A stretch of DNA of 64,000 bases from Lingula anatina (lineage: Eukaryota; Animalia; Brachiopoda). Positions within the stretch are counted from its first letter, which is position 1, and every line of letters begins with the position of its first letter. The position numbers and the translations under genes are program-made. A model generated the notes under the pieces. The model was given only the letters and a program-made list of their open reading frames with translations. It was not told the origin of the DNA and searched no databases. The stretch lies in the NCBI GenBank assembly GCA_051362555.1, contig CM120641.1:22382001-22446000 (forward strand), in the 5' to 3' direction. Positions 55,723-64,000 of this stretch are shown here, piece after piece.

Positions 55723-58700
55723 TTATTCCATCTTTTTCCCAGATGATTTCTTCTTCATAAACACTAACCCTGTAACATAAAAGACTGCTGTCATAACATG
55801 GCCAGAGAAATAGATACTGCTCCAATAGTCTAGTGTGCTATATAGTCCTAGCAACAGGAAACCCATGGACATGTACTCAAGGAACCTTAGCTTGCAAAAC
55901 CACCAGAACCAGTCAAATACTTGTTGCTGTTTGTTGGAGGCATTGTCCCGAAAGGCCTTGATCATGGCGTCCTCTGCCATGAGGACAAATGGAACCAATA
56001 GAAAGCTCAGGTAGTAACCAGGATGGATGCCATGCCAATAAGCACTAACCAGCATTGTGAGAAATGTTCTGGGAAAGAAATGTATACTGTTACATAAGGT
56101 GTGTATCTCTCAACATAAACTTCAGAAAATGATACAAAATCATTGTCGTGATCTTCTGAAGCAAAACAAAGTTCTATTATCTGCCACCCTATGCAAAATG
56201 CATATTATTTCATTTTGGATACAAAAATGATTATTGGAAGAGCGTGAAGTTGTGATAAAGACTTCAATATACCTGATAGATCTGAAAGGCACCCTACTGT
56301 ACACAAAATGTGCTAGCCAAAACTGGACAGACATATTCCAACTCTTCATTCCTTCACGCACTGTAGATGACATCTCACAGCCTGACGGACTTATATTATG
56401 GATGGTTTCAAAATCATACTCTACTTCATCTGCACTGGTTTCTCTGAAAAATTGTGTTGCATGTATATAAAAAGAAATTGCAATATATGCACATAAATTC
56501 AATTATTCATTTATATAATATCTGAAACAAAGGTTACCATAACAGTGTTAAAGAGAGAGCACATAATGTGACAAGGCATATGCGAAATAAAAATTGTAAA
56601 GAAACATTTTAATATAAAAATTGAGAATATTTTGTATTAATCAGAAGTGAATCAAAAAGAAACATTGAATTAAAGTAACAAAAACCATAAGTAAGTTTAA
56701 AGAAAACAGTGACACAATAAATGAATAAAACAGACGAGGGATTCATCTTACAGGTCCTTCAAAGTCCCTAAGTTGGTTGGTCCTTGGCCCCGTTTTGGTC
56801 GACTGTCCTTGGGGTAAGCCCCTAGAGCAGACGTGATACACACCATCTCTGACAGTATCCATGCAGAATATATTCTCATACGGAATATAAAAAATGTCAC
56901 TATCATATACCACAGCCTGTACAAGAAGAAGCGCTGGTGAAACTCTTCTGTCTTCACATACTGCAAAGACCAAAACACGTTGGGTATAAATAACCAATGT
57001 GTGTGTGTGTATGTGTTTGATATAAATCCTTGTTTAAAGAAATAATATGCCACCATGTTCAATATATGTTATTCATAACACCACACTTCTTTGCAATTCT
57101 ATGCCTTAATTTAGCTATTAAAGATACAATGTTGACAAAAATCCCCATCTGGTTAAGATGTCCCAGATTCACAGCAATCTTTTTTGATAAAACTAACATA
57201 CTTACCTTTTATCTTGGAATGTTTATCTTTCAAATTTTAGAATGAATATGCTTGTGAACCAGACCCTTACCTCTAGGGGATATACCATTGAGGCAACAAT
57301 GAACAACACAGCACAGACTGGAAGCACTTTAAGCTTTTCTAGGAGTGGCTGCCATGTTGGAATACTGGCTGTGTGTTCATTATGCAGCATGTCATGGTAT
57401 GTTCTGTATTTGAAGTATGGACCTAAAAACCCAACAAAGAATTACATAATTTTAAATCTTGATGAACTTTTATTATAATCCTTATTTACGGAATCAGTGC
57501 AAACAAACTGGCTGATGAGAAAAAATGTTCATTAGCTTGGTACTTAGATGAAAATCATCAAACAATCAAACAAGCCACAAAAACTTTCATACCATTAGTT
57601 TACGGCAAACCTGGATGTAGGCCTTCATCAGACTGATGTAATCAACATCAGCCGTCACCAGCCACCATAGGGATAGGGGGTCAATCTATCTAAAATTTAT
57701 AAGAAGCTCCTGGCCACTATACTACCTAGCGGTCAGCAAGTGTCAACATCTGCTCACATCAGTTTGATGAAGGCCAGTTTAGGAGTACGCTAACAGCATG
57801 AAAATTTTTGGCTTGTGTCAGATAATTTTTATCTATGAAGCTGGCTGATGTCTTCATCTTAAATGATTTAAATGGGATCATTCCAATCACAGTGGCATGT
57901 ATTTTGTGTTACATGGTACAATGACATAGCTGATTGTTCTCACAATGAGATTTTGACGGTTCTAATGTGGTAGGTGAGATTGTGCGCAGCATTCAAGACC
58001 ATACAAAATGTAAATAGTTACAAGACTTTCACTTCAAAAAAACCAACATATTATGAATTTAGGTGAAAAAAAAAACCTTTCATCCGACCTGTGAGCAAAC
58101 CTATATAGCAGTAACTGTACAGCATTATGTCCATCAAGCTGGGATTAATGTTTCTGTATTCTGCTTCCAGTGCCAGGTTCTGTCTCTGAGCATCTTGTTG
58201 GCAATCCTCTGCTGACTTGGCTTTCTGCTGCCTTTTGTAGCTGTCATGTAATTCAAATGCCACACCAACCATCTGTATGTATATAGAAGATTATGAGTGA
58301 TAAACATGAGAGAAAAGATGAAAACTGCATATATTCCTATATGCTTCTTAATGATGACTTATGACCTTAGTTCCCTCATGACATGAAGAAATAAAGTAAG
58401 TTAAAGACGATTATTTTGCAAATAAAAGTTTAATAATAATGTTTGATTTTTTCAACTCTTTCATAGACAACAAACATATTATGTAAAATGAAATTACCAT
58501 ATTCATGAATCTGAATTTTAAAAATAATTTTTATAAGAATATGAAATTTAATATTTCCTTAAACACACAAACCTTGAGAGTAAGCAACAGCTGTACTGCA
58601 TTGCTATGAGAAGGAACCTTTGGAAGTCCAAAATAATGTGTGGTTCTAAAGAAGGTAAGGTACCCAAAGCACCATATAAAGCTTACTATGTGGCAATACC

Positions 58701-59487
58701 TAAAGAGTATAAAGATTCTGATAATTATTCACCTGTTAAAAAATAATATAATCATGACATTTTACTTTAGCCACAATTGTAGTTTCACATGAACAACAAT
58801 CAAATACTTTTATATGTACCTGACCAAAGCACAGATAATAAAACAAATGCTTAATATATAACCAGGTAAGTGCAGGTACATGTACATAGGATAATTACAA
58901 TGTATATGTAACTGTAAAAATATACAGATAAACCTCCAATACATGCAACCTTCATGTAAAAACAAGATAGACTGCACAGCTTGATGAATGCAAAAAGTTT
59001 CAGTCAATTAAAATCAATTAAGCATTTCTGAACAAATTAAATGAAATTTTACAAAATGACTGATAAATAAGATCTGTGGTAACGAAGATCGAAATTTCAA
59101 ATAAATGTGCTGAAATCTGTAATTACCCATTAATGCATCGCATTAAAAGTCTGGTATGCATTGAGAATGACAATTAAAAATAAAAAATTGTGGCTTTAAA
59201 TAAATTGAAATAACCATGAGCAATTAAATATTTATATGATATTTTTAAATAACAGAAAATAATAACCTTGGTGAAATCCACAACACAAGCAAGGCATTGA
59301 CAAGAGCAGTAATAAAAGAGTGTAATAAATGAAAACCACACACAACCAGAACCATCCCCGCCCCTATCGTACTACTGAGGAGCTGTTTGTGTCTCGCATC
59401 CTTAGTCTGCTTAATAAAAGTTCCACAAAATACAGATATAATCAGTAAAGTCGCATAGATAAAATCGTCCGCGGTCAGGCCAAACAT
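55723..59487 (-). CDS. MBOAT7: Lysophospholipid acyltransferase 7 (LPIAT1)
   Basis: Exons 59487-59267, 58699-58573, 58272-58089, 57422-57271, 56960-56752, 56443-56273, 56068-55723. Motifs HSNAVQLLLTLK, YSYCYIGLLTGPYF, FRMRIY, GAYP, YDFETIHNI, WNMSVQFWL, catalytic His in SAYWHGIHPGYYLSF; basic C-terminal tail ending KKME. Confidence 0.93.
57544..57835. mobile_element. Degenerate foldback element of about 290 bp in an MBOAT7 intron
   Basis: GGCCTTCATCAGACTGATGT (57620-57639) pairs with ACATCAGTTTGATGAAGGCC (57756-57775); the outer arms also pair (ACAAGCCA..AAA..TTTCAT). Confidence 0.55.
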
Positions 59488-59952
59488 ATTGTTTCTTTCA
59501 TTCCGACCTCCAATGAACGGAGAATAAAGCGCAAATCTGGAATGCGTTAGTTGTGACGTAGTTGCAACGCTTTTCTTCTCTGTAGCAGCTACGCCTTTAT
59601 AAATCCCCATAAAAATATTGTCAAAATCAAAATTAAATGCGAAAAGGTCTCATATAACAGGCAGAACCAACTGAAAAGAGGGGTGGTATGTGACAAACTA
59701 AAGTGTATCTTTTTTATCCCAGTAAGTTAAATTTCTGCGTCTTATGACGGAATTGTAGGTTTTGTTATTGTTAAATGTTGTTGCAAGATGATGGGGACTT
59801 TTATTTGCTTTGAAGCACCAACTGTGGTTGAAAAATTCAATACACTAATGAAACTTGGAGCCCAGGAGTCTGACGTCAGTAAAATTATTATGCCTCTTAG
59901 AAATTGTCTGGAGAGAGTAGGGCTCAGCGTACTGCAACTGGAAACTCTAAAA

Positions 59953-60217
59953 CATGGCTGTGGGGGATTTAGGAGGTGTCAGGGTGGTCCTGACCCCCCC
60001 CCCCCCCCTTCGATTTCTGATAACAAAACACACCAAAACCGTCTAGCTGCATCACAGTTCTAAACCGTACCAAATGACGTCAAAACACCCGTTTTTTGGG
60101 CCCTCGAGCCTGCCCCGAACCTGACGCCAAGGGGGGTAAGGGTTGTCCTCGCAATCCGATGCCTGTCAATCCCTAAAAAACCGGACCCCCCTTCAAAAAA
60201 TTCTGGATCCGCCCCTG
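59953..60217. mobile_element. GC-rich MITE remnant
   Basis: Ends ...AAATTCTGGATCCGCCCCTG and has internal C-runs, the architecture of common CAGGGGCGGATCC-type MITEs; the left TIR is degraded. Confidence 0.5.
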
Positions 60218-61179
60218 ATAACTTTTTTTTTTTTTGTAAATGTATATTTCAAAAAGTGAATCTCTTGAATTGTACTGAATTGTTGATGTTATTACTTGTA
60301 TGCATAAGTTTCTATTTTATTTATTTATTTATCATCATTATTTGTTTTTGTCTATCTTTCTCATATTTATACGTAGTTCTCTTATTGTGGTAACTGTGCT
60401 ACCTTTCACGTGTGGTAGTTAGTCGTTATATATATATATATGATCAATAAAATAAAAGATTTTACTGGGTATAAAGAAAACATATAGTTAATAATAACGA
60501 TAAATGAAAAAAATACATTTTCTTGTTGGATTCCTAAAAAAACGTTCTTTTCTTTTCTCAGATCATTGCCCGCCACTAAATTTGTAATGAGACTGGAGTG
60601 CATATCCATTTATCCACGATACATTATTATGGCAGTAAATCACTACCTAGGATATGCAACATGGGCTTCCAAGTGCACGAAATATATTAAATAAACTGAA
60701 CAATCTATGAATGAGGCGACTTGGGCAAGTAAATGTACATTATGAAAATCGAATGAATAACTAAAGCCTATAATCAGAAATCGGTATATGAATATTTGGT
60801 CTAAAAATGTGATGAATGTTAAAAACGGCTGCAAAAAGCAAAACTATTAAAAGAATAAGTGTATTTTAATATGGTTTTCTCTCTTTATGCAGAAAATGTT
60901 GTTTATAATGATCGTTGGAATACAATGCAACTTAAACTTGGATGTTTTAGACGCATTTGCTATTTATGTCCGCTTGAGTGGTCGGTGGCGGCCGGGCCCT
61001 TGTGTGCACATGGCATACCTTTATATTCAAGGAAGTATGACGTCATTACATTTGTATCTCAAAATTCCCCTTTTAGAATGATCTATGTGAATTCATCGTA
61101 ATATGATGAATATGATATATATGATAAATATTCATTTATAGGAAAAGGATTAGTGTTGACTATGTTTCTGCCCGTAGTA

Positions 61180-61260
61180 GAATGGGCGGTTCCTGCTGAG
61201 CTAGACTGAAGTCACGTGACTAAGTCAATTCACAAGGCGGGCGGAGGCCAAGTAGGCTCG
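61180..61260 (+). promoter_or_regulatory. Putative myosin promoter elements
   Basis: Palindromic E-box GTCACGTGAC (61211-61220) between two GGGCGG GC boxes, about 250 bp upstream of the ATG. Confidence 0.45.
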
Positions 61261-61467
61261 CATTCTGATAAACTGACTGATCACTGCAACGTCCGGAACT
61301 CGCCTTGACAGCGGCGGATTGTCCTTATTTCAGCACAAAGACTTGATATTACCAAAAACTACCGACGGAACACGAGACCGGTGTGTTTCATTTCGTATTA
61401 AAGAAGCAAATCCTGATCGAAGTGCTGGGGACAGTTACATTCATCGGGAGCACTTGCTTGATTCAAA

Positions 61468-62660
61468 ATGGCGGACGATTATTATGGCAGCTTGTCTGCT
61501 CAAGAATTGAAGTATTTGCAGGTAGATAGGAACGTTATAAACGATCCTACTGCACAGGCAGAATGGGCAAGCAAGAAGTTAGTCTGGGTTCCCCACGAAC
61601 AACATGGATTTGTGGCAGCGTCGATCAAGGAGGACCGCGGCGAAGAGGTGGTCGTCGAACTCGACTCTGGAAAACAAGTCCGTGTCGCCAAAGACGATAT
61701 CCAAAAGATGAACCCACCGAAATTCAGCAAAGTCGAAGACATGGCCGAGTTGACATGTCTCAATGAAGCGTCTGTATTACATAATTTGAAAGACAGATAT
61801 TACTCTGGTCTTATATATGTGAGTACCTCTGTTTGTATTTGGTGTCAGAACAAAACCTTGAACCTAGAGCTCTGAGGCTCTGCTAAAATCGAAGAATCTT
61901 ACAGATAAACGTCCCATAAATCTATATTTGCTTGGTAAAGTACCAACCGAAAGTGATTAGGTCAGATATCGGTATATTGCAAGGGTAATTAACAAATAGA
62001 TAGACTTCTATCTCATGCTTTTTCAGGTTTTGTAGGTTATGTATGTTTTGTGCGAAGCATGTTGCAAAGTTTAAGAAATCGGCCAAAGTGGTCTCAATGA
62101 AATGTAAATTCCCTTTCATATTTGTTGTGTAAATATGGATAACTCACTTATTGTCTTATCACCAACCTAGTCATAGCCAGCTCATGTGGCACGGAATGCA
62201 ATACAGGAAGTTTGGCTTTGACACTGGTGACTCACCAGTTGTTTGTACTTACCATATCTAATACACATGAAGCACTACTAGAGTTGTCTTCTAGGCTCCT
62301 GTGAATTAAAATCATATTATAAAAATCTCATTAGAATGATATCTAATTAGATTAAACAAGAAGCACTTAATACAATCTGAATCATTTCAAAATGTATAAT
62401 CATATGAGAGTTCTTATGATACAGACATTTTAATATAAATTTATTATATACTATTAATTTATTTATCATGCATCACTTCCAAAGCCTATATTTATAATTT
62501 CAGACATATTCTGGATTGTTTTGTGTTGTTGTGAACCCCTACAAAAAGCTCCCAATCTACTCTGAGAAAGTAATTGAGCTGTACAAAGGCAAAAAGAGGC
62601 ATGAAGTTCCACCACACGTGTATGCTATTGCTGACACAGCATATCGCAGCATGCTCCAAG
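61468..62660 (+). CDS. MYH10: Non-muscle myosin II heavy chain (MYH9/MYH10/zipper orthologue), first two coding exons; continues beyond the window
   Basis: Exons 61468-61818 ([13 protein letters not shown]...[42 protein letters not shown]) and 62504-62660 ([52 protein letters not shown]). Invertebrates have a co-orthologue of MYH9/10/14, so the symbol is nominal. Confidence 0.93.
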
Positions 62661-64000
62661 GTAAAGATGTTGAATATTAGGAGAATTACTTTTTAACAGA
62701 TAATAAAAAAACACTATTATAATCAATAACTCTCAGAACTATAGCTTAGTTCTTTTCATGGGGTAGTAAAACAAAAATGCATGAAAGAATTAAAGAATTG
62801 TGTAAATGAAAGTGACACTCCCTGCTCTGTGTTTTTTCACTTTTATTTCTTGCCCAACCAAAGGGTTTGAATAGGATCAAAAGAATTTCCAAGTGCCTAT
62901 CCTCTGTAGTGAGCTGTATATATTGATTGTGGGGAGACTGTATCAGGTTTACGTTTACTGGCATTACAGCAATGTGCTCAGAATCAATACACTGACCCAT
63001 ACCCTCTTGTTGAAGTTATGCATTAACACAATTGAATACAGGAAAGAATAACTTTTGCCACTTCTCATTCAGAATATTAATATATGATATGGACAGAATG
63101 AAAATTACCTTTTAATTGTGGGCCTCAACGAGTTGGTATGTCTAGGGGCGTGTATCTTGTTGAACTTGTTGGAAGTTTTTTTTTTGTCTATAGGTTATTT
63201 TAATAGAATGACTTAAAGTTTGGTATCTGAATTTGATAATTTACATTATTCTATTTATTGGAAGAGTGAGATGTGCCTATCTTGAGGAGGAGTTTTGTTG
63301 TCACGCATTTATTTATATACTAATATGTATCAGTATCACAGTCACTGATAAAGTAGCTTATCAGTTTTATCAGGATACAGTTAGTTTGGCCAGTCCCATT
63401 TAAAAAAAGAGGGACTGTTTTATATCCTTTTTTTCTGGTCAACCTGTGACAGTCAGGCTGCATATTTCAATGCTGTAAACTAGGTCAGTTGAGCCCTGGT
63501 CAGTTTTAAGGAATAAGGAATGTCCAGTTCACCATCCTTGCATGTCAGCTGTGGTCAAGATCTTGATCTACATGCAATGTGGTGGTTTATACAGCCCATC
63601 CTTGATTGCCTTTGCTTCATGTACAATTCTGACTTAGCATGTTAACTGTGAGAATGAGACTACTGGTATAAAAATATTTCTGATCTTGTTTCTAGTTACA
63701 CAACAAGTTTTTTCTGTCATTTAATATGTATATCACAGTGTGGAGGTTTATTTCTTTGCATTTGAAACATGTACAAACAGTTACTTACTTAGTTATCAGT
63801 TGGCACACATAGTTAACATATGTGCAAACTGAGTTCAAGGCAGTCTTCTACATATATTAGTATGGAAACTGGTACACTAAGGTGTACTATTTACCTGTAC
63901 AAGATCAGTCCACCTGTTAGGTGTAGGGACACCCTGTGTACCTGATGGACATTATGCAACTAGTGATTTAACTGTTTGCTAATGTGCTTAATTACTAATT

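Noticed and set aside
59488-59610. N-terminal extension of MBOAT7 from ATG 59610
   Set aside because: Family similarity begins near MFGLTADD (59487); the upstream part is more likely UTR or promoter, though not excluded.

Overview
AT-rich, intron-rich animal genomic DNA. The GT-AG introns, gene content and Helentron-type satellite elements suggest an invertebrate, probably lophotrochozoan or mollusc-like (inference). Exons were read by hand from splice sites and translation. Gene order: transglutaminase (+, 13 exons seen, first coding exon uncertain); tandem-domain GT32/DXD glycosyltransferase (-); triple-TM2-domain protein (+); a duplicated copy of its exons 2-3 (+), separated from the parent by a Helentron/HINE complex with a 146-bp satellite; HINT1 (-); RabX1/Rab50-like GTPase (+); Rab8 (-); multi-exon HAP40/F8A1 (+); MBOAT7 (-); and the first two coding exons of non-muscle myosin II heavy chain (+). 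Several MITEs, LINE fragments and microsatellites are also present. I see no clearly new enzymatic system. The best candidates for undescribed biology are (i) the headless but apparently selected TM2 exon 2-3 duplicate, (ii) a minisatellite built from a transglutaminase exon/intron junction that multiplies the splice donor, (iii) a structurally complete HINE carrying a satellite and a nested foldback element, and (iv) a tightly packed, divergently transcribed RabX1-Rab8-HAP40 trafficking cluster.
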